From positions 12,338,001 through 12,402,000 of the forward strand of contig JBHGNT010000015.1 in NCBI GenBank assembly GCA_043228905.1: DNA of 64,000 nucleotides. Direction: 5' to 3'. Shown piece by piece: positions 13,976-25,617 of this stretch (positions within the stretch are counted from its first letter, which is position 1; every line of letters starts with the position of its first letter). Source of the DNA: Azolla caroliniana. Taxonomy: Eukaryota; Plantae; Polypodiophyta. The position numbers and the translations under genes are program-made. The notes beneath the pieces are model-generated. The model made no database searches, was not told where the DNA came from, and saw only the letters and a list, made by a program, of their open reading frames with translations.

Positions 13976-14486
13976 TGTTGGAAACATGCCCCTTTGGATG
14001 GGAAGAGAAGTAAACCGAAATCGAAATCGAAATCGAAAATTGAAATCATTTCGGAAGACTATAATTGTAAATAGTCTAAAATGCCTCCTAGGGCTATACT
14101 TGTAAATAGCCAGAAAGTTGCTTTGGTTTATAACCAACTAGGGCAAACTTTATATTAAGAGTTAGTGATCATTATTGAAAAGTTAGAACGAGGTAGTTGC
14201 CTCTATAACCATGAGTGAGAGAGTGAGAGTGTAACTCTATAGCCTATGTCAGACGAAGGAGAACTCGAGGTCGCTAGCTCCGAGTTTCGTATTTGTACTT
14301 CCTCTCTACTATAGTGATCTGTTTTCTCGGGGATTGTGGACCCCCGTGTTTTTTCCCATTTCCGGTTTTCCACGTAAAATATTGGTGTCTCTGTGTCTTC
14401 ACGTTTTTTCTTGTCTATGTACAAGTTCTTGGTTTCTGCACATGAATACGAACGTGAAACCAGTTGTGGCCAGTTGATTCCTAACA
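13976..14486 (+). mobile_element. Solo LTR, copia family of element G
   Basis: TGTTG...CTAACA with perfect TSD CAAGT; homologous to LTR 54094-54640. Confidence 0.93.
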
Positions 14487-14846
14487 CAAGTGTCTTTTGG
14501 TTGACCGGTTTCGGCCGATTTGACATGAAATGGGCGTAACTGTTTTCGGCCCAGTCGATTCGGTCACAATGATGAATTCCGGTTGGTCAATTTGGGCACT
14601 GAGATGACTTCGATTCAGCTGATTCAGCAAGGGACTTTCAGCCGATAGAAGTTTATAATCTCTTTGTTGTATTTGTATTTTTAGTCAAATATTGTTATAG
14701 ATTCTTTTGTAATACGCCCATTGCGAGGGAGTGTCGAATACGGTTATATAATGGACGTATTCACACTAACCTATTGGACATACTAGATTGGGCTATTTAT
14801 GTAAATAGCATAAAGAACAATTGCCATAGTTCGGTTAGTATATAAC

Positions 14847-17800
14847 TGTTAGGAATACGTCCCTCCGGTGGGAGAAGCCGACTAGTCGGGTTGAGAGCCG
14901 AGAATCGAAGACAAGCAGAAGCCGACTGGCCGGCTTAAGAAAGAGCCAACAATTGAAGCCATGGAGAGTCGATAGCAGATGATCCAAGTCCAAGACAAGA
15001 CCGACTAGTTGGGCCGATCGGATGGTTGAGGACAAGACCGACTAGTTAGGCCGATTGGACAGTTGACAATGGAGTCGACTAGTCGGATCGGCTAGTCGAT
15101 TAGTCGACTGATTGGCGACTATTACTGTTATTATTAGATAATAATAATAACAGACATATTTGTAAATAGCACATACTATGTATAAGTATAAATACACCTA
15201 GGGTAAACATGTGTGAAACATAGAACACAACAAAGAGTTGTAGAGTGAGTGTGAGGGAAGATGTGTGAGACACGCAAGAGCGTGAGCAGCGCCATAACTG
15301 TGTGTGTAACAGTAGACGCCCATAGCCCTGTGTGGCTGGTGCACTTTGTATGAGAGCATTGTAATCTGTTTTATCCTTCTCTTGTATATCCATTGTAATA
15401 GAGAAGATATCTTCTCCGGTGGTTTTTTCCTGTTTAGGGTTTTCCACGTAAAACCTTTGTACTATGCATATCCTATCTATTTGCTATTTTTTTATGTTTC
15501 CGTGTTGTGTATTTGTATTTATACTTCAAAGACATTTTCCTATCCCATCTCATCAAACTAGTATCAAAGCGAAAAGTGCAAAGATGGAAGGAGGTGTGAG
15601 TGGCCTCCCAGGAATGATAGTCCTGAACTCACACAACTACGCATACTGGAAGATTAAGATGGAAGATCTTCTCATAGTCAAAGATCTATACGAGCCCATC
15701 GACAAAGAAGAGATACCGACAGGGGTATTAGAGTCTGAATGGAAACTCCTCAAGAGGAAGGCAATGGCTACCATTAGACATTGCATAAATGTCAGTGTCC
15801 TTCAACATGTGGCGAACGACACAAATGCCTACGAGATGTGGCAGAAGTTGTTAGGGCTCTACGAGAGAAAAAATTCCTTGAACAAGAAATCTTTGATGAG
15901 GAAGATCGTACGATTGAAGTACAAGGACAGAGAAAGTATCGTGGATGACATAAACACATTCATGGGGTATGTGAACCAACTTGCGGTAGCCAAGTCCCCT
16001 CTTGATGATGCTATGCAGGCTCTACTATTGATGTGCACATTGCCAGACAACTAGGAGGACCTGGTGGTGACCCTGACCACCTCGTGTCAAGAAGAGAACT
16101 TGTGTCTACAAGTGGTAAAGACAAGTATCTTGAACAAGGAGACGAGAAGGAAGGACAAGGGTGTGGCTCAACATACCGGCAACGGAAGAAACCGACAAAG
16201 AATTCCACAAAGAAGGGACAAAGCCCATGCCATATCCAAGTCCAGAGGTAAGCTTACATGCTTCTACTTTGGAAAACCTGGACATTTCTAGAAGGATTGT
16301 TGACACCTTAAGAAGGACAAAGCTGCCTCAAAGGATGTTGAACCCTGAAAGATTTCTGAGGAGAAGCGAACATCAGTCATTCCTACAAGTGAAGAGGAGA
16401 TCTTGTTCATTTGTGAGCAGCCAAGCACAAATCTTGCAAGTGAAGAGTGTACATGGGTAATCGACTCTGGTACATCCTTTCATATAACTCCCTTGAGAGA
16501 GTGTTTCTCAACTTACATAGCCAGAGATCATGGCTATGTAAAGGTGGGAGATAATGGGGAATGCAAGACAGTCGGCCTCAGAAACGTATGCCTAACAACG
16601 TCGACTGGTTGTCAGCTGAATCTGAAGGATGTCCGACATGTGCCCAATATCAGGCTGAATTTGATATCAACTGGAAGAATGGATGACAAAGGCTACAGTG
16701 ATAGCTTTCGAAATTGAAAATGGAAGTTTTGTCATGTAAATCTCATAGTGGCCCAGGCACAGAAATAGGGCACATTGTATATGATCAAGCCAAGTTATCC
16801 AAGTCGGAAGTAAATGTGGCAGCCGACTCAAGTGGAGAGTTAAGGCATAAGAGACTAGGCCACATGAGTGAAAAGGGAATGCATATTCTGGTTGACCTGA
16901 AACTTTTCCTAGAAGTGACAGGAGTGCACCTCGAGAAGTGTATCGACTGCTTAATCGGGAAGTAGAACAAAGAGCATTCCACATGAGACCACCAAGGAGA
17001 AGAGAAGTTGCACTGGAACTAGTACACACAGATGTGTGCTACATAGATGCTCCATCACATCGAGGGGGACAATACTTTGTAACTTTCATTGAAAACTATA
17101 GTAGAAAGTTCCGGGCTTTCATGCTAAAGTCGAAAGGTCAAGTACTTTTGTTCTTCAAGAAATTCCAGGCCAGAGCTGAAAGAGAGTCAGGTTGGAAGCC
17201 GAAGCCTTTTCGAACTGAGAGTGGCGGAGAATATAGAGGGAAGTTCGAAGAATACTACAAGGCCCAAAGTATTTGAATTGAATACACTATACCGAAGACC
17301 CATGAGCTGAATGGGCTTGCAGAGAGGATGAATCAGACGATAATGGAGAGAGTAAGGAGCATGTTGTCGCATGCTAAGCTACCGAAATCGTACTGGGCTG
17401 AGGCGATGTATAGAGTTGTTTATTTGATCAACAGATCTCCCTCAGTACCATTGAAAGGTGATGTCCCACAAAGGGTGTGGACAGGAAAGGATTTTTCCTA
17501 CCGACACTTGACGGTGTTCAGATGTTTGATGTATATGCATGTGGCTAAGGAGTAGAGGTTGAAGCTCCACAACAGGTCAAAACCATGCATATTCCTCGGG
17601 TACTCGGAGGATGGGTTAGGCTACAGGTTGTGGGACTTAGTTCACAAGATGGTAGTGAGGAGTAAGGATGTAGTCTTCTTGGAAGACAAGACGATTGAGG
17701 ATTGGAAGCAATAGACGTCGGAATCGACTTCCCAGTCGACTCCCACTAACACCGACTTAAGACCAGTCGAACCGACACAATTGACTATTTGGATGCAGCC

Positions 17801-20362
17801 ATTCGGCACAGTCGAATCCGAGTCGGTCGACTCAGAGCAACCGCCCAATACATATGAGTCAGAGTCGGTAGACCTATTGAAGTTGATCGAAGAATACGAG
17901 TCGGAGTCGACTTTAAACCCAAAACAACTGACATGTATGAACCCGAGCCGAATGAAGAGTCGGCAGGACCAACCGACCCTATGCCGGCAATAGGAGGAAG
18001 GAGATATCCACTAAGGGAAAGGAGAGCACCGACTATGTATGCTAGTCAATACAACCTCTAGATTGATGAAGGTGAGCATGACTATTATGATGAAGTCAAT
18101 GCCAATGAGCACAAAGAGAAATGGTTAGTGCAATGCAAGACGAAATGGACTCGCATGAAAATTATATTTACGACTTGGTGGAGCTACCAAAAGGTAAGAG
18201 AGCACTCAGAAACAAGTGGTTCTAAAAGGTGAAGACCGGAGAAGTTGACAATACACCTCGATATAAAACCTGACATTGTGGTAAAGGGGTTTCAATAGAA
18301 AAAAGGTGTCAACTTCGACGTGATATTCGCACCAGTCGTGAAGATGACATCCATCCAAACCATTCTACCTGGAGATCGAATAGTTGGATGTCAAGACAAC
18401 ATTCTTGCATGGAGAGCAGGATGAAGAAATCTACATGCAGCAACCTGAAGGCTTTGTGGAGAAAGGGAAAGAGAACCTGGTGTGTCGATTGAAGAAAAGC
18501 TTGTATGGTTTGAAACAAGCTCCACGCCAATGGTACAAGAAGTTCAAGTCCTTCATAGAACATAAGTTCCTGAAAACACAGGTTGATCACTGTGTGTTCG
18601 TTAAGAGGTATGATGAAGGTGATTTCTTGATTCTCTTATTATATGTGGATGACATGTTGATAGTCGGACAAGACACGAAGAGGATCGTGAGCTTGAAGAA
18701 AGCATTAGGCAAGTCACTTGCCATGAAAGATCTTGGATCAACCAAACAGATCTTGGGGATGCACATAGATCGAGATAGAACTAAGAGAAATATGTGACAA
18801 AGATCTTGGGGATGCACATAGTTCAAGATAGAACTAAGAGAAATATGTGACAAAGATCTTGGGGATGCACATAGTTCGAGTGTTGTGGTTGTCACAAGAG
18901 AAATATGTGACAAAGATCGTCGAAAGGTTCAACATGTTGGAAGCAAAGCCAGTCGGGTATTTCCGACAAACTGGAAGTTGAATGCTATGCAATGCCTGAA
19001 GAGTGAGAAGGAGAAGGCCGAGATGAGGAAAGTATCATATGCCTCGACTGTCGACAATTTCATGTATGCTATGGTTTGTACAAGACCAAACATGGCATTT
19101 GTTGTGTATATGAGTAATCCAGGATGAGAGCACTGGGAGCTGTCAAATGGATACTCAAGTACTTCAAAGGCACCTCAAGGGTATACCTTAGGTTCAAAGT
19201 CGGAAAATTTGTGCTCGAAGGATTTACCGATTCATACATATCGGGGGATGCATACTCAAGTCGATCCCCCTAAGGGTATGTGATGACCTATGCATGGGAA
19301 GTAGTGTCGTGGCAGTCAAGATTGCAGAAGTTTGTGACCTTGTCGACCACAGAGGCAGAGTACATGGCAGCGATAGAGGCCGGATAAGAACTAATTTGGA
19401 TGAAGAATTTCCTCAATGAACTAGGAATGGAGCAAGAACAATCCCTACTCCTCTATGATAATCAGAGTGCCATACATCTAGCCAAGAACGTTATGTATCA
19501 CACCGAACCAGGAATATATAAAGAAGGTATCACTGGTTGCAAGAGAAATTGGATGCAGGGGTGTTTACCCTTGTGAAAATGCATAGTGATGATAATGGAT
19601 TCGACATGCTCACGAAGAACTTACTGATGGACAGACTCAAAGTCTGCCGATAGAAGACAGGACTAACCGACTCCCTCCCACAAGAGTGACGGGGGAGTTT
19701 GTTAGGAATATGTCCCTCTTGTGGGAGAAGCCGAGTGATCAGTTAAGAAAGAGCCGACAGTGGAAGACATGGAGAGTCGACAACAGATGATCCAAGTTGA
19801 AGACAAGATCGACTAGACGGGCTGACCGAATGTTCAATGACAAAGCCCAATAGCCGGGCCAACTGGACAATCGACAAAAGAGTCAGCTACTCGGATCGAC
19901 TAGTCGATCACTCGGCTAATAAGCGACTTTTATTGTTATTATTAGATAATAATAATAATAATAGACATATTTGTAAATAGCCCATACTATGTATAAGTAT
20001 AAATACACCTAGGGCAAACATGTGTGAAAAATAAAACATAACGACGGGTTGTAGAGTGAGTGTGAGAGAAGAAGTGTGAGATGCACAAGAGCATGAGCGG
20101 TGCCATAGCTATGTGTGTAAAAGTAGACGCCAAGAGCCCTGTGTGGCTAGTACACTCTGTATGAGAGTGTTGTAATCTGTTTTATCCTTCTCTTGTATAT
20201 CCATTGTGATATTGAAGATCTGTTCTCCTGTGGTTTTCTCCCCGTTTAGGGTTCTCCACATAAATACTATGCATATCTTGTCTATTTGTTGTTTTCTTTT
20301 CTAATTCCACGTTGTGTATTTCTGCGTATCTTTGAAAGAGATTTTTCGATCCCATCTCATCA
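14847..20362 (+). mobile_element. Full-length inactivated Tnt1-like copia element C nested in the 3' LTR of B (LTRs 14847-15555 and 19700-20362)
   Basis: Perfect TSD ATAAC. PBS TAGTATCAAAGC 15559-15570, gag ATG 15584. Motifs WVIDSGTSFH, HTDVCY, LDVKTTFLHG and LYVDDML. PPT near 19685-19697. Confidence 0.96.
18748..18917. repeat. 53-bp tandem amplification inside the RT of element C
   Basis: Unit agatcttggggatgcacatag...aagagaaatatgtgacaa starts at 18748, 18801 and 18854 (partial). Confidence 0.9.
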
Positions 20363-23300
20363 ATAACCGACTTGTAACCTAGTTTGCAAGATTGATGTTG
20401 TTACCATTTTGAATAATATAGTGTATTTTTGTGCCTCTCAATTTCCCATTCTCCCTCCTTTGTTACTAGTTTCTTGCAGATTGTCTTTGTTACTTCTGTT
20501 CATTTGTTTTATATCCATCTACTTTTTGTTCTTTAGCACATAGTGTTGTGTTTTACATTCACATTGATGACATAGTTTCCAACAACCTCCGATGTGGTCA
20601 TTTTCCTATTAATATGAGCTGAAATGTGTGTAGGTCATGTGTGATTTGGAATACAATTTTGAAGAGGTGTGATTTGGTATCAACTAGGCCTCGATTGGAT
20701 CGAAGAGTTGGATCCACGAGCCAAACCAGTGAGCCGGATCCACGAGAGCCAATCGGCCGTTAGAGATCGTCGTCGTTCTTCGAGCTGCAATTGATGTTGA
20801 TGGTCAAGGAAAACCACGCGAGTGGGTCGAGGACCACTCAATCAGACAACCGGATCGACCCTTTGGGCATGGAGGACGAGGTGGATTGGAATGCAATGGT
20901 AGCAGCCAACAAGAGTAGAGTCAAAGGCATAACCGGCATGCCGATAGTAGTTCTGGACCGTCCACAAGTAGGGAGAGTCAAGGTTGCATCGGAAACAGGC
21001 AAGGAAGGGCCGAAATGGAATGCTAGTATTGTGGCCGGAAGGGTCACTGGGAGAGCGAGTACTGGAAAAAGCGCACCGATTCAGAAAAATCCGGATCTAG
21101 CAAGGTTGAACACGGAAATTAGCTGAGATTGCACTACGTTGAAGGATTAGAAGGATTCGGAATCAGAAAAATCAGAAAAGGGTCAGCCTTTGTGATGGAA
21201 CACATGGAAAATTCGATGAAGAAGACCACATCACAATCAAATGAGGTGTGGTATGTTGACTCCGAAGCATCAAATCACATGAAGAGCCATGTAGAGTGGT
21301 TCTTGTATTTAGAAAAACTAGAGCAACTGGGAGTGATCGAAATCGGAGACGACACTCCATACCCAATCAAACATGTCGGCGAAGTCCCTCTCAGCCATGT
21401 TGGACAGAAGGGGAGACTCATGAACGTGTTGCACGTCCCGAAAATTACAAAAAGCATGGCTTCGGTCGAACAGATCGTCAACCCACCTTGGGTGCTCCAT
21501 TGAGGAAGAGGGCCAAATTATTGTGCAAGGGCACTAGGAAGGATGTTCATCCTCGACATCAATGACTTTAGCACCGCACTGTTTGCGAAGGGACACAAAA
21601 TCGAGTCAGATATGGACTTATGTCACAAGCAGATCGGCCATGTCAACTACAAAAGGCATCAGGATCTACAGTCGAAACAAGTAGTATTTAGCTTGCTGAA
21701 ATTCAGTGGCCGGAAGGCCCAAATTTGTGAATCCTGGAAGCTTGGGAAGCAACACCAACATCCATTTCCCAACAAGCATAATGGGATCCGGAACAAACTT
21801 GATTTGATACATTCAGATGTATGGGAACCGACACAAAATGTAAACCTAGGCGGCAGCCAATATTTCATCTCCTTCATCGACGACTACAGTCAACAGCCAA
21901 CACACATGGATTTACCTCACTAAGAAGAAAAGTGAAGTGTTCGACTGTTTCTGGAACTTACAAAGCTTAGTTGAGAGGTAAACAGAGAGGAAGATTAAGT
22001 GCTTGCGATCGGATGGCGGAAAGGAATTATGCTTTTCCATCCAATTCAATTGTTATCTACGGCAAATTGGAATTCGGAGAGAGTTCAACTATAGACATAC
22101 ACCGGAACAGAATGGTGTGGCGAAAAGGAAGCACCGGTCAATTGTGGAAGCGGCAAGGGCAATGCTGGAAGAAAAGAGCATGCCCAAATTTTACTGGGGT
22201 GAAGTGGTTCGGACAACGATCTACATCCAAAACCGGATCAGGGAAAAGGTGTCAACACATGAGTTGTATTTCGGGAGGAAGTTGAACTTAAGACACTTGA
22301 GGGTATTCGGGAGTATAACCTATGTGCATGTGCCTGATGAGAAACGAAGGAAGTTGAACCCAAAATCGGAGAAGTGCATATTGTTTGGCTACTCACATGA
22401 ACAAAAGGGGTATAAGTGTTATAACCCTCAGACCAAACAAGTTTGAGTGAGCCGAGATGTTGAATTCGATGAGTCGGTATCATGGCACTCCTTATCGACT
22501 CCGAATCCCAACAACTCCAACCACTGAAGATGAGGCCGATGAACCCGACATGACTCATGAAGAAGAAGAAGAAGAGCATATCAGCACTCAAGAGGAAAGT
22601 TTGATTTCATTCCGGCTAAGCGGGCCGAATGAGAGACTGAGTCAGAATGACCAGTGGGATGATGAGTCGGTGAGTAGTGGAGACTTAGCCGTGCACTCCC
22701 TGCACAAGGAACCAAGGAGACAGTACACGGGCAAGGAAAAAGGGAAGAAGAATATGTCAGAGTACGACACCGACAAGGAAGAGTCGGATCAGGGCGAATC
22801 CGACACCAGAAAGAATGAAGAAGGACCTTCGAAAACGAAGTCTGAATCGGCCAAGAGGACCCTAAAATCGGCGAACAAAATGTTACGCCAATCTACCCGC
22901 CAAAAGAATCCTGTGTTGCGGTATGGATATAACATGTATATGGTGCACCATTATGCATGCATGACCAAGGCGGTAGAAGTGCATGAGCCGGAGATCTACG
23001 TAGAAGTGGCAAAAGACGCAAATTGGCATGCTGCTATGGAGGAAGAAATGTGGGCACTCGATGCCAATGACACATGGGACCTGGTTGACCCTCCCCGACA
23101 CGACAAACCGATCAGCTACAAATGGGTGTAAAAACTGGAATACAACGCCGACAGTTCGGTCAACCGGTACAACGCCTGACTAGTAACCAAGGGATACACG
23201 CAGACACATGGAATCGACTACGATGAGACCTTCGCACCAATGGCGAAGATGACAACGATTCATGTGGTGTTGGCGGTTGCAGCGGCAAGAGAGTGGCATC

Positions 23301-24285
23301 TACACCAGATGGACATGAAGAATACATTTCTTCAAGGAGATCGTGAAGAAGAAGTGTACATGGTCCAACCACCCGGATTTTAGTCGGAGGTGAACACGTC
23401 GGCAGTATGCCGACTCAAGAAGTGTAAAGAATCGGGTATGATTCTTGTGTAGCAGAAGAGATGTGTGTTATGTGTATGTGTGAGAGGAAAGAGAGAAGAT
23501 AAGACAAACACAAGATAGATTAGATAGAATGGGAACACAATGAAGTACTCAAGAACAAGATGTATATTCACAAGTGAAGTAAGAGATACAAAAATGTAAC
23601 ATTACAAGGAGTCACAACCGACATAGTATTAAGTAGGACAAGGGTGCTTTATATAAGGTCCCCCTCTCTCTTCATTAACTCACTACAACAACTACTCTCT
23701 CTTGGGGAATGTCAATATTCATAGTCATGGGGAATATGTAACTCATTAATTATGTGTCATAGAATATGATTCTATGTCACATAGTTAATGTGTAGAGAGT
23801 AATGGTGTGACTCTTGACCTTTGAGTAATTGTTACCTGTTCCTTTGGGTGAACACCTTCGATAGATCTGCGTCTATCGGTCCTCAAGGGCGTGGTACGTG
23901 AAGGCTCGTACCGAGGCATCGAGAGAGATACAGGGCTCAGAGAGAAAAAACACTAGTAAGGTTTTGATAGACGTGGCGGCGTGAAACTCATAGGTATAGA
24001 TCGAAACACAGACTCATGCAGCAAAATAGGCACAGTTAAGATATATTACTATGGCAGAAAAGGATTACAGAACACGGCCTATGGCCGGTGACCTTACGAG
24101 TTTATCTAATTCAAATGACTAAGCTAGTGCTTTCGCCTATAATTTTCTTCTCTCCCTTTCTGAGGTATTGCTTCTCGTTTAAATAACTTTTCCCCTAACA
24201 CACAGCCGAGCCATCGGTGGCCCATGATACTCGGACTCGGCATTTGCTAATTTCCTAATTTTACATTTCTATCCTCTGGACAACA

Positions 24286-24328
24286 CCTGGCACGCCCGTG
24301 GGACAGGACCTTGTCCGTCGGACCCACG
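24286..24328 (-). promoter_or_regulatory. tRNA-Arg 3'-half mimic / inverted PBS at the PPT position
   Basis: Plus strand: LTR-CA cc TGGCACGCCCGTGGG-N20-CCCACG. Resembles the tRNA-Arg PBS TGGCACGCCC(A/G)GTGGGAC as I recall it from Tat-type gypsy elements. Confidence 0.75.
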
Positions 24329-24382
24329 ACTTACAAAATACTACAATATTACAAAAATTGCCTTTTAGGCGTGATCCTCGTT

Positions 24383-25617
24383 TCATTCCTCCTTTAAGAT
24401 GTCGAGGATGCTTTCGAGGTCCGGGGTGGTGGCAGGGTGGTCTGGTTGGACTATCGGTGCGGGGGGTTGAGTTTGGTTTGGGGGTGGCATATCTTCTCGG
24501 GCATCCGCCTCGGGTGCGGCCGATTCTTCTCGTGGGGGTGTGGGTTCGTGGGCGCTGGCCTCTCCTTTGACAGGCTCTGGTACCGTGTGGACGTCCATGG
24601 GATGTCTGTTGGCCGGGGCAAGTTCCTCCTGTGCCGTGTCCGTGATCTCTTTGCTGGGAGGTTCTTCTTTCTGCTCTATGGCCGTTGGAGGGCTGGTGGG
24701 GATGGCTGCGAGTCGTTCTCGTTTGAAGGCTTCTGCTTCCAGGCGAAACAACATCTGACCGTCATTGAAGTCCTCCATTATTTGCTTGATTGCCGCGGTG
24801 TGAGATTTTGCCAGGGACTGGTAATCCTCGGTTAAATCTGCACGCAGGTTTTGAATGTTGGCTTCGTCCATTTTGTAGAAGCCACGGCCCTCCTTCCGTC
24901 GGTTCTCGGCGTCGGCGCGTAAAATATGCAATTCGGCAGCTTGGGCTGCCCATTCGTCTCTTGCGTGACTTAATGTTTCCTCAACCTTTTTGGTAAGGTG
25001 TTGGCGTTGTTTCTCGAGCAGTATGCGGATGCGTGTCTCATCCATGTCGGGTTGTGCTCGGATGGCTGCTAATTCCTGTTTTAAGCCGTCGACCTCGGCC
25101 TGAATCTTCTCTGTTCTTAGCTCATAGATGGTATGACTGTTCTTTGCATCCGCAGTTACGAGCTAGAGAGCCTGCTTGTAACGCTTGGTGAGTTCTTCGG
25201 TGGCCTGCTCCCGTTCTTTTTGACACGTGGCCTGGATTTGTTCCCGTTCGACGATTCTCTCTTCTTGAAGGGCGAAGTAGGAATCCGATAAGGCGTCTTT
25301 TTGCTCCGAAAGTAGCTTGCATTTGATGAAAAACTTGTCAGCCATCTCTTTAAGGGTCGTACGCTGACTTTGCAGCTCGGCATTCTCCGCGTTCATCCTC
25401 TCCTCCCGTTCGCGATTTCTTTCCTCCTGCCGCTGGTTCCAGTCGTGTGCATTGTTGAGCGTGGCCTATAGGTCTAGAACCTCCGTCTCTTTCTTCACCA
25501 CTGTGGTTGTGTATTCCTCCAGCTTGCTTTTGAGTTCGGCTTCCTTGGCCGCGGCTTGCGCTTGTACCCGGCCCAGTGCTTCGTTCTGCTCGTGTATCCT
25601 TTGGTCGGCCTGGGCTC
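24383..25617 (-). pseudogene. Coiled-coil accessory ORF of gypsy element (5'-truncated, with in-frame stops)
   Basis: ORFs 25466-, 25163- and 24383- share one reading frame; E/K/Q/A-rich; contain WAAQAAELHILRADAENRRK..FYKMDE and end in ILDILKEE*. Confidence 0.85.

Larger units (their letters stand above)
7451..20584 (+). mobile_element. Old Ty1/copia element B hosting four later insertions (5' LTR 7451-7780; 3' LTR 14732-14846 plus 20363-20584)
   Basis: Perfect TSD ACCTC (7446-7450, 20585-20589). PBS CGGTATCAGAGC 7783-7794, PPT 14723-14731. Degenerate gag from ATG 8199; protease WLLDLGASF near 9880; integrase HSDICG near 10450; RT QLDVKTTFL and LYVDDML. Confidence 0.93.
23830..25617 (-). mobile_element. 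3' fragment of a gypsy-type element (LTR 23830-24285 plus accessory ORF) inserted in the 3' LTR of F
   Basis: TG...CA LTR-like block with minus-strand TATTTAAA near 24180. Its ORF and LTR-adjacent motif are homologous to those of the gag-bearing element 48951-53342. Confidence 0.8.

Noticed and set aside
20679-20683. ATCAA/ACCAA as the TSD of element E
   Set aside because: The 5' LTR terminus is missing, so the match cannot be trusted.
24383-25045. Host myosin/SMC-like gene or env gene
   Set aside because: It lies inside LTR elements at the same relative position twice, and shows no signal peptide or transmembrane helix in the visible part.
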